From positions 43,936 through 107,935 of IMG/VR virus record IMGVR_UViG_3300037516_001783: DNA of 64,000 bases; one strand, written 5' to 3'. The position numbers were made by a program, and so were the translations under genes. How positions within the stretch are numbered: the first letter of the stretch is position 1; each line of letters opens with the position of its first letter. Shown here in pieces: positions 44,799 through 54,940 of the stretch. The notes under the pieces were generated by a model that worked only from the letters and a program-made list of their open reading frames with translations, was not told where the DNA came from and ran no database searches. This DNA comes from a virus.

Positions 44799-44900
44799 GA
44801 TTAAATTGATTAAATGTTTAAGATTCATTTCTTAACAATACAAAGGTAGTTCTTTTATTTTAAATAAGAAAACAGTATTTATCAAGAAAAGACTGTTTTC
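44799..44900 (-). promoter_or_regulatory. Repeated early-promoter unit 4
   Basis: TACCTTTG at 44841-44848, hairpin and conserved leader; implies the downstream gene starts at about 44798 (MKSSIILK). Confidence 0.75.
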
Positions 44901-45190
44901 TTAAATTTACCTTAAATTCGATGTCAATTTATATTGTATTGCCTTGCTGTATTTGGCTGTAATTGGCAATGCATTTGAATTTAAAAATGAATTGAAATTG
45001 TTCAAAGTTGGTTCGTTTATCTGTAACCAAGTTGTAATTTCAAAACCTGTAACTACATTAACAAACTGACTGCTAGTGTCATCGAATGAATTTACAATCC
45101 AATATTCAACTTCTGAATTTGGTAAAAATACTTCTAAAAATGAATAACCTATTTTAATTTCAGAAACGACTTTTGAAATATATATCCTTT

Positions 45191-45811
45191 TCATACACAA
45201 CCTTTATTTATTTTATCCTTGATGTTTGACAACATATTATTATACTCAACTTTTGAAATATTATTGTTTAAACAGAAGTCTTTCATACTTATTTGTTCAA
45301 CTCTGCTATTTATCAATAGAATTTCATTTTCTGAAAATGATAAATCTAATAATAAAGGATTGCTGGGTTGAAGTGTATGGACTTTATTACTTTTTCTGTT
45401 TAGTTCGGTAATACAAACATTTTCGTATCTACCATGGTAAGTTCTTTCTTGTATCCTGTATAATCCGGAACTCAAGGCTTTGTTATAATAAAAGTAAAAT
45501 TTGCTATCTTTTAAAGAAATGTCAAATTTTTCAATACACTTGTTTAAAATCAAATAACACTCTGAAACTATATCATCTTTTTCATGTATAATCAAACTGT
45601 TATCAACACCCTTAATTAAATTAAAGAAGTTGTTAACATTCTTAATGATTATACCAGACATAGATTTAAAAATGTATTCTCTGTGTTTATCAGAAACAGA
45701 ACCTTTAACATTTTTCACAATCAAAATGCTATTCCTTATCTTTGTGTCGTTATAAGGTTCTTTAAACTTAGATATTTGGTTGTATAGGTAATTCATATTA
45801 TTGCTTTTCAA
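45191..45811 (-). CDS. Sigma-70-like transcription factor
   Basis: Region-2-like EKDDIVSECYLILNKCIEKFD...KFYFY; region-4-like C-terminal HTH. Confidence 0.65.
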   Translation of the reverse strand: MKSNNMNYLYNQISKFKEPYNDTKIRNSILIVKNVKGSVSDKHREYIFKSMSGIIIKNVNNFFNLIKGVDNSLIIHEKDDIVSECYLILNKCIEKFDISLKDSKFYFYYNKALSSGLYRIQERTYHGRYENVCITELNRKSNKVHTLQPSNPLLLDLSFSENEILLINSRVEQISMKDFCLNNNISKVEYNNMLSNIKDKINKGCV

Positions 45812-46196
45812 CCATGGTTTTCATCTCACCAACAGCTTGTGATTGTAATGACATTTTACGTTCTTCGATGTTCTTTTTATAATCATCTTTTGAACGTTCT
45901 TTTAATATTTTCTTCTTTTGGTCAGTTGTCATTGAACCGAAAGATAAAAATTGTGGTAAACTGTCTGGGTCAGAATAATCTTTTTCTATAGGGACTAATT
46001 CTAAAGGAGAATTATCTTTTTTACTTAGAATTTGATTACCACTTCCGTCTTTATAGACTTTGGTTTTTATATTGAAAGAATACCTATTTGTTTCAAATTC
46101 AATCTCACCACTATTAACATTTCTGAATTGTGCCATACAATTTTAAAGCGTTTTATTTAAAATACAAATTTCTAAATATTAAATTAAAATAGCAAA

Positions 46197-46652
46197 TTAT
46201 TTCACCGTTCTTCTTCCGTATTCAGCTATCAACATAGCGTCAGAATTCCATAAGAATATTTTATGAGAAGGGAATAATTGTTGGCATTTTGCTTTTAAAA
46301 TGTTCTTCCATTCTGTAGGTGAAGAACATCTGCTTTTTGTAGTTCCTATTTGGTAAATCTTTTGCCATTTCTGAGGTGTAACAGTTTCAAAAGGTATGTT
46401 GTTAGCTAAAAGTGCCATTTCTAAATGACCATAACCCTTACCAAAATTAAAACTTGCACTAGAACCGTTTCCTGGAATACCACCTACCAACTCTAAATAC
46501 GCAAAAACTTCAGTACCTTTGTATTTTAAAAAGAAGTCGTTGATATCTTTTGGTGTTTCCATCATTTTTTCAATATCAACGAACATTTTTGTTTCAGAAT
46601 TTAGAACACAAATACTTCCGTTCTTTCCTGGGTCTATACCTATAATCAACAT
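46197..46652 (-). CDS. RuvC-like Holliday junction resolvase
   Basis: IIGIDPGKNG, E, FNFG..YG, VTPQKWQK, DAMLIA. Confidence 0.85.
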   Translation of the reverse strand: MLIIGIDPGKNGSICVLNSETKMFVDIEKMMETPKDINDFFLKYKGTEVFAYLELVGGIPGNGSSASFNFGKGYGHLEMALLANNIPFETVTPQKWQKIYQIGTTKSRCSSPTEWKNILKAKCQQLFPSHKIFLWNSDAMLIAEYGRRTVK

Positions 46653-48547
46653 ACTTTCGATACTTTATCTTTCATTTTCACAGTAACCCTGTTAAAATCA
46701 TCAGAAGTATTTTCAACTTTACTGTGAGTTATGATTACAGTTGTAGCTTTAAACACTTTTAACATATCAAAAACAACTGATTGTCCAGAGGAATCAAGGT
46801 TATCAATACATTCATCTAAACAAAGTAAATCTAAACCTTTCCCATCTGATAAGCTGTTATTTATCAGTGTGTAGAAAGTTAGGATAGCACTTACATTTAC
46901 ACGTTCCTTTTGACCTCCGGAAAATTTGTCGAACTTACTACCTTCTGTTTCTCCAGAACGAATTATCGTTGTTTCAATCTTTTCTCTAACATCACCATTT
47001 GCTAAAACTTTGTAACCATTAATAACAACCTTCAAATTAGAACCCATTAATTCCATGAAATTGTTACAATAAGATTCAATTGTTTTTATAGATTTATTAG
47101 CTAAAAATGTCTGGAAACCTTTCTTACCTAAGTGGAAAATCCAGAAATTCTTGTCATCTAAAATTTCAAGTTTAGAGCTGTTTAAGTCTTCAAAATGAAT
47201 TTTCTGTTCTTTAAAGACTTCTATCTTGGATTCATATTCTGGTATTTTGGAATCTAATTTTACTTCCTCTTCTAAAATAGATTTTATCTTATTTGAGTTC
47301 TTAACATTTCTCTCTTCATAAGACGATATTTCAGAATTATCATCTTCAATAGAAGATTCTACTGTTTTAATCTTTTTGTTTAAAATCTTTCTGGCAGAAA
47401 GCAATTCTTCTGAAACCTTAATTTCATTTTCAACAAGTTCATATTCATCAGATGTTGCTTTTTTATTCAACTCGTCATCCTCTATTTTCTTGTTTATTTT
47501 TTCTATCTTTTCAGTAATCTCAAGTACAGACAATTCACTGTCTATAATGAAGTTGAACTTACAAGAAGGGCATTCAATTTTGTCACCTAATGAAGATTTC
47601 AAGGTTCTTAATTCACTTTTTTGTTTTGAAAGTACAGATGAAATCAAATTAACTTCGTTTTCAATTTGTCCTCTAAGTTCTCTCAAATCATTTAAATCTT
47701 CATCATTTAAGTCTTCTCCACTTTTCAATTCAAGCTTTAATGCTTTCAATGATTGTTTTTTCAGTTCTATTGATTTCTTTAAAGCTACGATTGAAGCTTT
47801 ATTTTCTTCAATTTTATCTTTAAAAGGTTTTATAAGAACTTGTTTGTCTACTTTTGGAGCATTTTTCTCCTCATCTATCAACCCTAAAAGAGTTTCTATA
47901 TTAGTTTCAGCTTTTACGATATTAGCATTATTTGAAGCTATCTCTTTCTCTATTACAGATTTCTCATCTTCTAAAGTTTTGATTACTGAATTAACAACTT
48001 TTGTGTCTATAAATCTTGAAATGATTTCTTTCTGTTTTGTATCAGAATTCTTAAAAAATGAAGAATAGTTACCTTGATTTATTATGAAAAAATTAAGCAA
48101 ATCTTCTTTTGAAATGCCAATTTTTTCTATAATAAATTTATTCGCTTCAGGTACTCCTGTAATCTCCTTAACATCTTGACCATTAATGTTGATAACTACT
48201 TCAGCAGAAGATTTTGTAATTCTTCTGGTAATGGTAAAATCTTCTTTTAAGAAATCATTTCTCAACAATAAGGTAACTGTAGAAGATTTAAACCCATCTC
48301 TAATTAAATCAACTTTATTTACGTCCTTATATGACTCACCTGTAAGAGCATAAGTGATTGCCTCAATGAAACTACTTTTACCAGAACCATTGCTGTCTGC
48401 ACCACTATCTATATCGTCTAAATTTAGACCACTTATCACAGTAACCTTACCACTTTTAAAATCTAAAGTGGAATTTTCATGTGAAATAAAATCTTTTATT
48501 GTTAATGAAATTGGTCTATACATCTTCTTGTAATTTTTCTGGGTCAA
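46646..48547 (-). CDS. SbcC/Rad50 (gp46-like) recombination ATPase
   Basis: NGSGKSS, zinc hook CPSC, FSGGQ, LCLDE, ITH. Confidence 0.93.
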   Translation of the reverse strand: MTQKNYKKMYRPISLTIKDFISHENSTLDFKSGKVTVISGLNLDDIDSGADSNGSGKSSFIEAITYALTGESYKDVNKVDLIRDGFKSSTVTLLLRNDFLKEDFTITRRITKSSAEVVININGQDVKEITGVPEANKFIIEKIGISKEDLLNFFIINQGNYSSFFKNSDTKQKEIISRFIDTKVVNSVIKTLEDEKSVIEKEIASNNANIVKAETNIETLLGLIDEEKNAPKVDKQVLIKPFKDKIEENKASIVALKKSIELKKQSLKALKLELKSGEDLNDEDLNDLRELRGQIENEVNLISSVLSKQKSELRTLKSSLGDKIECPSCKFNFIIDSELSVLEITEKIEKINKKIEDDELNKKATSDEYELVENEIKVSEELLSARKILNKKIKTVESSIEDDNSEISSYEERNVKNSNKIKSILEEEVKLDSKIPEYESKIEVFKEQKIHFEDLNSSKLEILDDKNFWIFHLGKKGFQTFLANKSIKTIESYCNNFMELMGSNLKVVINGYKVLANGDVREKIETTIIRSGETEGSKFDKFSGGQKERVNVSAILTFYTLINNSLSDGKGLDLLCLDECIDNLDSSGQSVVFDMLKVFKATTVIITHSKVENTSDDFNRVTVKMKDKVSKVC

Positions 48548-49178
48548 ATGAAATACCTGAATCTTTTAATCTCTCATACCAATCAACATTCTTTGTGAAT
48601 TCAGGTGTTTGTTTTTCAAGTTTAGAAATTTCTTGAAAGAAATTCAAATGCATTTTACTTCCTTGTGGTTGTGAAATTTTGTTATTGTATTTAGCATCAA
48701 CTTTTTTGTTGTAAGGGTTTATACAATAACCTTCTGTTGTTTGGAAGTAAACTTGACCAATTTTCATGTTAGGGTAAATGACTATTGGTTTTACACAAGT
48801 AACCTCTAAAGTGAAATATCCAGAATAACCTACGTCACCAAATCCTGCTGTAATGTGTACAAACAAACCTAATCTTGCCAAACTACTTTTACCCTCTATG
48901 ATAGGAACTAAATCAGATGAATCTATGAATTCATTTACACAAGCCAAATATAAATTGTTTGGGTATAATGTCAAACCACTTTCTGGAATAAGAAGTTCTT
49001 CTGTTTCATTTTCAACCTTACAGTCAAGCTTGTCATTTTTGTAAACAAGTAGTTTGTTACTTAAAGAAACATCATAACTATTGCTACCAAGATTTGATTC
49101 GCTGAATGGTACAATTGAAAAACTATCCTCATGATTTAATAATCTTTCGAGTATTTTTGAATCTGCTAAAATCGACAT
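48516..49178 (-). CDS. dcd: dCTP deaminase
   Basis: NSYDV, GKSSLARLGL, TAGFGDVGYSG.FTLE, IGQ. Confidence 0.93.
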   Translation of the reverse strand: MSILADSKILERLLNHEDSFSIVPFSESNLGSNSYDVSLSNKLLVYKNDKLDCKVENETEELLIPESGLTLYPNNLYLACVNEFIDSSDLVPIIEGKSSLARLGLFVHITAGFGDVGYSGYFTLEVTCVKPIVIYPNMKIGQVYFQTTEGYCINPYNKKVDAKYNNKISQPQGSKMHLNFFQEISKLEKQTPEFTKNVDWYERLKDSGISFDPEKLQEDV

Positions 49179-49182
49179 TGTT

Positions 49183-50226
49183 TTATAAATATTTGATTAT
49201 CTTATTTAACTTTGTTTCTTTAATTTTATTCTCTTTACAGTATAATTTCAACTCAGACATTAAAGATTCATTTGACAAATTAAGTGAGTGTTTAACTCCT
49301 TCCTCAATTTCTTCAAACATCTTAAGTGAAGATACTGTCTTCTTAGAAACTTTAAAACCTTTAGACTCTAAAACTTTAGAATCAATTTTTATCAAATCTT
49401 CATCTGAACCTACAAATTCAATTTGAATGTTTGAATCTTCTAATTGTAAAGCTAATTCATTTGAAATTTTTTCAACTTCATACCCTTCAAAGATGTCTAA
49501 TCTCACCTTTTTGTAAGTTTTAAACTTAAATTTATAGTTCTCTACTGAAAGGTCTGAATATAAGATTAGAGCTCCCTTTTTATCATCTTCTCCGAAGTTT
49601 CTTGGGTCTGTACTACCAATGTATGATATTTTCTTACTTACCTGTGTGGCGTTGTGGTAGTGACCAATTAAGACCTTATCAAATTGTTTAAAATCTGATT
49701 GTGTAATCTTATTTTCAACCTCAGAATTATTGTTGTTAAGTACACCATGAATCCCGATATGTGTTCCTAAAACATTGTGTAATTTAGGAGATAATATTTT
49801 AGAAGCTTTTAACAAATAATCCTTGTAAATATCTTCTGTAAAGAATGGGATTGATATCAACCTAACACCATTTAAATCTACAAATGAATATGAATTTGTA
49901 ACAATTAGATTTTCACTCCTATAAATATCTAAATAGCTATTTGTTGAAGATTGGTCAGTTTTATCGTGGTTTCCAGGAATCACATGCATTGTGATACCAT
50001 TATCCTCTAATAAAGTAATTATCCTCTGGAACGATAATAAAGTTGATAATTTTTGAGAAATTCTGGAGTTGAAGATATCTCCTAAATGGAAAAACTCTTC
50101 AACTCCTTTTTCTTTACATAAATCAACTGTTTGTTTGAAAATATTATAAACATTTTCACTATTCAATTCATCAAGATGTGTATCTGTAATGAAAATACCT
50201 GCAATACTTTTACTCTTCATCGTCAA
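49183..50226 (-). CDS. SbcD/Mre11 (gp47-like) nuclease
   Basis: TDTH, LGDIF, GNHD, GHYH, YIGS. Confidence 0.92.
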   Translation of the reverse strand: MTMKSKSIAGIFITDTHLDELNSENVYNIFKQTVDLCKEKGVEEFFHLGDIFNSRISQKLSTLLSFQRIITLLEDNGITMHVIPGNHDKTDQSSTNSYLDIYRSENLIVTNSYSFVDLNGVRLISIPFFTEDIYKDYLLKASKILSPKLHNVLGTHIGIHGVLNNNNSEVENKITQSDFKQFDKVLIGHYHNATQVSKKISYIGSTDPRNFGEDDKKGALILYSDLSVENYKFKFKTYKKVRLDIFEGYEVEKISNELALQLEDSNIQIEFVGSDEDLIKIDSKVLESKGFKVSKKTVSSLKMFEEIEEGVKHSLNLSNESLMSELKLYCKENKIKETKLNKIIKYL

Positions 50227-51316
50227 CAGTTGATTTACTATCTTGGTCTAATCTGTTTCTTAAAATTTCCTCATGATACTTTTTAGTAATCTTTCTTACT
50301 AAAACATTGTACATAGGATTACCTTCGTCAAAAATATCATAAAGTTGTCCTCTTGACAACCATTCTAATTTACCATCTAAAAATGAATATCCATTTTTAC
50401 CCTTTCTTTGTAAAATGTTATGTTCAACGGCAAATTCTAATTCTTCCTGTGTTAAGATGAAACCACTACCAAATGAAATTTCAACTTTCAATTTGTCAAG
50501 GTTTGAAGTGAAATCTGATTTAACAATTTCAATACAAGATTCTTGACCTCTTTTAATGTCTTTGTGTTTTACAAAATTGGTTCTTGAAATACTTAATCTC
50601 AAGTTTGGCATGAATTCAATACCTTTTCCACCGTAAGATTTAACACCAGCACCACCAAAACCATTTACAGAATCATAAACGTGGTTAATTGCTATAAAGA
50701 AAATATCTTTGTCAAATACTTCTCCTTGTAAATACCTTAAACCTCGTTTCAATGCTCTGGCTGCTGAACCCATTGCTGCTTTGAATTGGTCATCACCTTC
50801 ATCATTGTCAGCAGATTCCTTCATTTTGTTAAGTTCTTGACCTGAAATTGAAGCACCAATAGAATCCCAAACAAACATAAATTTAGGCTTTTCTTTTATA
50901 CCTTCAGATTTAAAAGTATCCTCAGTTTGTTTTATAATTTGTTGAGTTTTAACAAACACATCCTCAATGGTTTTACATTGAGCAATGATAAGATTGTCAA
51001 CGTCTATACCTATCTTTTTGGCATACGGTTTATTATCTCTTCTTTCTGTAGAAAGTATAACAGGAACACCTATTTCTGGAAACATCCTTTGAAAGTTCCT
51101 AAGAAGTTGTAATGATAGTGTTGTTTTACCACCTCTAGACTCACCTCTTATTTCTATAATACCTACAGGAATTCCTATTGTATTCAAGTGGGCATCTAAT
51201 TTTGGTATCCCTGTAGATATCCAACAAGATTGGTCTTTAAATAAATCAACTTCACCAAGTGGTTTGATTTGTGCGTTTTTATCAAAACCTTTAAGAATTT
51301 TATTTATAATACTCAT
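50210..51316 (-). CDS. RecA/UvsX recombinase
   Basis: ISTGIPKLD, GESRGGKTT, VWDSI, INH, GGKG. Confidence 0.9.
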   Translation of the reverse strand: MSIINKILKGFDKNAQIKPLGEVDLFKDQSCWISTGIPKLDAHLNTIGIPVGIIEIRGESRGGKTTLSLQLLRNFQRMFPEIGVPVILSTERRDNKPYAKKIGIDVDNLIIAQCKTIEDVFVKTQQIIKQTEDTFKSEGIKEKPKFMFVWDSIGASISGQELNKMKESADNDEGDDQFKAAMGSAARALKRGLRYLQGEVFDKDIFFIAINHVYDSVNGFGGAGVKSYGGKGIEFMPNLRLSISRTNFVKHKDIKRGQESCIEIVKSDFTSNLDKLKVEISFGSGFILTQEELEFAVEHNILQRKGKNGYSFLDGKLEWLSRGQLYDIFDEGNPMYNVLVRKITKKYHEEILRNRLDQDSKSTVDDEE

Positions 51317-51334
51317 AACTTTAGAAATTAAAAG

Positions 51335-51364
51335 AAAAAAGATAGGTTTTACCCTATCTTTTTA
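51335..51364 (-). terminator. Rho-independent terminator after SSB
   Basis: AAAAAAGATAGG/CCTATCTTTTTT hairpin. Confidence 0.7.
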
Positions 51365-51386
51365 TATTATCAAATATTATTTTAAA

Positions 51387-52799
51387 TTAAGCTTTTTTGC
51401 TTTTAAGGAATTTGGCTCTAAGGTCAGCGATAGACATTTTTGGCTTAGATTCAGTTGGTTTTTCTTCTTCCTCTTCCTCCTCTTCTTCGTCTTTAACAAC
51501 CTTTTTAGTAGATTTAGCAGGAGTTTTTACAGGCTTTTCTTCCTCTTCTTCCTCGTCATCTTCAACCTCCACTTTAGGTATTTTCTTAGTAGTTTTAGCA
51601 ACAGGCTTTGTTTCTTCTTCCTCTTCTTCATCCTCCTCTTCCTCTTCTACAACTTCAACTTTTGCAGGTTTTTTAACTACCTTTTTAACAGGTTTTTCTT
51701 CCTCTTCCTCCTCTTCTTCCTCTTCTTCAACTACTTTAGAAGGTTTTGTAGTTTTGGTAACAGGTTTTTCAACTTCTCTGATTTTATTTCTAATAATTTC
51801 ATCAGAGTCAAGTTTCTTAACTAAAACATCTAAATCGTTATCTTCAATATACTCTTTCAACTCATCTCTGTCTAATTTAGACAGGTGGTCTTTAATGGCT
51901 TTTTTAACAGGTTTTTCTTCTTCCTCATCCTCTTCTTCAACTGAAGGTTTAGAAGATTTTTTTGCTGGAAGTTTAGAGTACTGTGCTTTTACAGTTTTGA
52001 CGATAGATAAGAACTCAGCTTCATCGAAAATTTCAAATTCATTTTCAATATCAAAGTTTCTTAAAGCTTCTAAACCTTTTTCAAAATCTGAGATTGTATA
52101 AACATCTCTCATGATTTCAGATAATGGTTGTTTTGAAACAAGTTCGTCAAACATTTCATCAGTCAGAGGTGTAGCAACACTTGATAATTGAACTGTATAT
52201 TTCTTGTTCTTATCTTTACTTTTCGAATCGAACTTGATGATAATAGACCTTCCTGTTTCTGGGTCTGTGAATGGGTCGCACTCAATAGCTTCATCATCAT
52301 CTTCAATGATAGATAAGCTGTTAATTGAATCCCTAACATTTCTCTTAAATTCTAAGATACCAAATTTAGGGTCTACGTCTTTCTTAATTGCCCAACCATA
52401 TGCCCACCAAGAAACTGATGAAGCCACTCCTGTTTTCCAGTCAGTTAAGATTTTAATTTTTTCAACATCAGAAGCATACATTTTCTTCGCAAAAGCAATA
52501 TACTCCTCAAAGATGTCCATAGCAGTACCACCATGAATCCTAGAGTTTAGGATTGGAACTCTGGCTAAAGTTCCGTCGTTTTTAGTTATAGAACCCCAAT
52601 GAGTCATTCTCATAAGGTAAAAATCCTTCTCTCCAGGAAATTTAGGTGCTAATCTGATTTTATTAGAACCTTCGTTGATTTCAATGAACTCTTTTGAGTT
52701 GTTAGAAACACCTAACTGCTTATCCTCCGTGTCTTTTAACTTTTTTAAGTCTGTGACATTCGTAGGTTTAAATTGGTCTCTACTGAATTTTGTTGACAT
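51387..52799 (-). CDS. Single-stranded DNA-binding protein (gp32-like) with a long Glu/Lys repeat tail
   Basis: EGSNKIRLAP, DPFTDPETGRSIII...KYTV; located next to RecA; acidic tail. Confidence 0.7.
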   Translation of the reverse strand: MSTKFSRDQFKPTNVTDLKKLKDTEDKQLGVSNNSKEFIEINEGSNKIRLAPKFPGEKDFYLMRMTHWGSITKNDGTLARVPILNSRIHGGTAMDIFEEYIAFAKKMYASDVEKIKILTDWKTGVASSVSWWAYGWAIKKDVDPKFGILEFKRNVRDSINSLSIIEDDDEAIECDPFTDPETGRSIIIKFDSKSKDKNKKYTVQLSSVATPLTDEMFDELVSKQPLSEIMRDVYTISDFEKGLEALRNFDIENEFEIFDEAEFLSIVKTVKAQYSKLPAKKSSKPSVEEEDEEEEKPVKKAIKDHLSKLDRDELKEYIEDNDLDVLVKKLDSDEIIRNKIREVEKPVTKTTKPSKVVEEEEEEEEEEEKPVKKVVKKPAKVEVVEEEEEDEEEEEETKPVAKTTKKIPKVEVEDDEEEEEEKPVKTPAKSTKKVVKDEEEEEEEEEKPTESKPKMSIADLRAKFLKSKKA

Positions 52800-52848
52800 A
52801 CAAAATGTGATTTAATTTTTACTAATTACAAATTAATTAACGCTGTTA

Positions 52849-53400
52849 TTAGTCTTCTTCAACAACACGTTTTTTGATAACAATTTTAACACCATTCACA
52901 ACAGAAGTTTTCATGTTATGAATATCATCTTTTGTTATAGTTAAAGACAATTTATCTAATTTGTTAGATTTGTCTTTCAATGACCAGAAAATAGAATTAA
53001 CTATATCTACAGCACTCTCAGCTTCGATTAATTGAGTTTTCTTTTTTAAATACTCATCATTCAGAAGTAAAGAAGTTTCAACCTCATCTATTGTCATTTT
53101 CTTAACAGCTGTAGATGAGTCTCTAATTTCACTTTTTGTTTTAGCACACCAAATTTCAAAGTCAAGTTTTTTCTTACTAAACTCCTTTTGTGTTTGTGCT
53201 AAAATATTCCCCCATTTGTTAGTTATAACAGGTGCTGTGATAATTTCACCAATTAGATTATTTAAATCTAATTTCATAAGTGAATTAATATCAACTTCAT
53301 CTGATATCTTTTCAAATGATAATTTAATCAAATTACCACCGTAATTTACTACAACAATATCAGCTTCTGAATTGCTTGCAGTTTCATAAACTTTAGCCAT
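52849..53400 (-). CDS. UvsY-like recombination mediator (tentative)
   Basis: Helical protein (KMTIDEVE...DEY...LKDKSNKL) adjacent to SSB/RecA. Confidence 0.45.
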   Translation of the reverse strand: MAKVYETASNSEADIVVVNYGGNLIKLSFEKISDEVDINSLMKLDLNNLIGEIITAPVITNKWGNILAQTQKEFSKKKLDFEIWCAKTKSEIRDSSTAVKKMTIDEVETSLLLNDEYLKKKTQLIEAESAVDIVNSIFWSLKDKSNKLDKLSLTITKDDIHNMKTSVVNGVKIVIKKRVVEED

Positions 53401-53574
53401 GTATAATGAATTTAAGTGAAAATATCAAACAAACACCAAATGAAATTCCCTGTAATGTGGCAGAAGATACAATTACAACTTTATTACCATATGGATATTC
53501 ACCATTCCCTATGTTTTTAATAACAATTAATGCACCAATTATAGGAATGAAAGGTATTATTTTCTTCATCACAA

Positions 53575-53934
53575 TTAATCTACTATGTCAGTGTTTCTAG
53601 CATTACCAATTCTGTTTTGTCTAACAGCATCGAATAAAGCATAATGACAAATTTTAAATAAATCAACTTTGTTCTCACCCTTCTTATATTTAGGGTCTGC
53701 CACATATCTTTGAAGATATCTTGACATCTGGTAAGGGTTGATTGCTTTACCTAAATCACTGTGATACAACTGTTCTTTAGTGTCAATTAGGTTTTTAGAA
53801 CCTTCGTACTTATCTTTGTAAGTTCCATGTAAATGTCCTACTAATTCAATTACAACTGAACCGAATTCTGGTTCTAATTTTGAAATCTCTGCTATTTTAG
53901 CAAAACAATCTTTCAATTCTTGGTCTTGAGTCAT
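53575..53934 (-). CDS. DUF3310 / T7 gp1.7-like nucleotide-kinase-family protein
   Basis: TY...Y, RYLQRY...KKG....DLFKICHY. Confidence 0.55.
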   Translation of the reverse strand: MTQDQELKDCFAKIAEISKLEPEFGSVVIELVGHLHGTYKDKYEGSKNLIDTKEQLYHSDLGKAINPYQMSRYLQRYVADPKYKKGENKVDLFKICHYALFDAVRQNRIGNARNTDIVD

Positions 53935-54373
53935 ACTTATTTGTGTTTATTCTTGAAAATTCTAATATCTAAGTGTTTGAATTTATTCTCTATCAATTCG
54001 TTAGTTAATTGTAAAGCTTCATCTTTGTCTAAACCTAATCTAACACATTCATTAAAGTGAATTGATATTTCATTAAGAGCGTCTGAAATTTTCGGATTAA
54101 ACCTTTCTATCCTTTGTGATAGATAATCCTCTTCTTCTTTAATTAAACTCTTTATTTTACATTGTATTTGCTCTTGAGGCATGTTTGTTACAAAAATTAA
54201 TAATTCATTAACATTCATTGTATAAACTTCATTACTTTCAATATCATAACACAAAACTGTATTCCCTTCTTTTGTTTTATAAATATTTGAAAGTATCTCA
54301 ACAACAATGAAATTAGGTTTAATACTAAAATCTTTTATAATGAATCTGTAACCAACCATACACAAACCTCTCT

Positions 54374-54940
54374 TTAAATATCCCTTAAATCTAACATCAA
54401 TTTGAATTCACTTTCTAAATTATTGATACAATAAATTTGAGTTTTTAACAATTTATCAGATTTATTACCTAATGAAATTTCATTGTTAATAAATTTATTA
54501 AAACTCATCCAATCTGAAAGTTTGACAATTGTTTTAATCAACGGTGTTACATTCTGTACCATATGTTGTACCGAATACAAATCATGTTCTTTTAACTTAT
54601 CATCTAATCTTGAACCACAGAATTTTGACAATAAAGTTCTCATTTCTGAACCGTTGACTTCATCATTCTTAACTTGATGTGGAATGTCACCTGAGAAGAC
54701 TTCTTCTACGTCATGCATTAATGAATATGTTAAAACTTCAAATTTGAATTGAGAGTCATACCCATAAAAAAAGTTTTCTAAAATGTACAAGCAATAAAAT
54801 GAAACCCAAAATGAATGTTCAGAAAGGTTCTCATTTTTATTTGTTTGTAATAATGTCCATCTTTTTATTGAGTCCATTGAACTTAAATCACTGTCGTTGA
54901 TTAAGTTGTTAATCTTACTTAATTGTTTATTATAACTCAT
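54374..54940 (-). CDS. HD-domain 5'-deoxynucleotidase (YfbR-like)
   Basis: IKRW, ENLSEHS, LMHDVEE..SGDIP..VK, VKLSD. Confidence 0.85.
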   Translation of the reverse strand: MSYNKQLSKINNLINDSDLSSMDSIKRWTLLQTNKNENLSEHSFWVSFYCLYILENFFYGYDSQFKFEVLTYSLMHDVEEVFSGDIPHQVKNDEVNGSEMRTLLSKFCGSRLDDKLKEHDLYSVQHMVQNVTPLIKTIVKLSDWMSFNKFINNEISLGNKSDKLLKTQIYCINNLESEFKLMLDLRDI

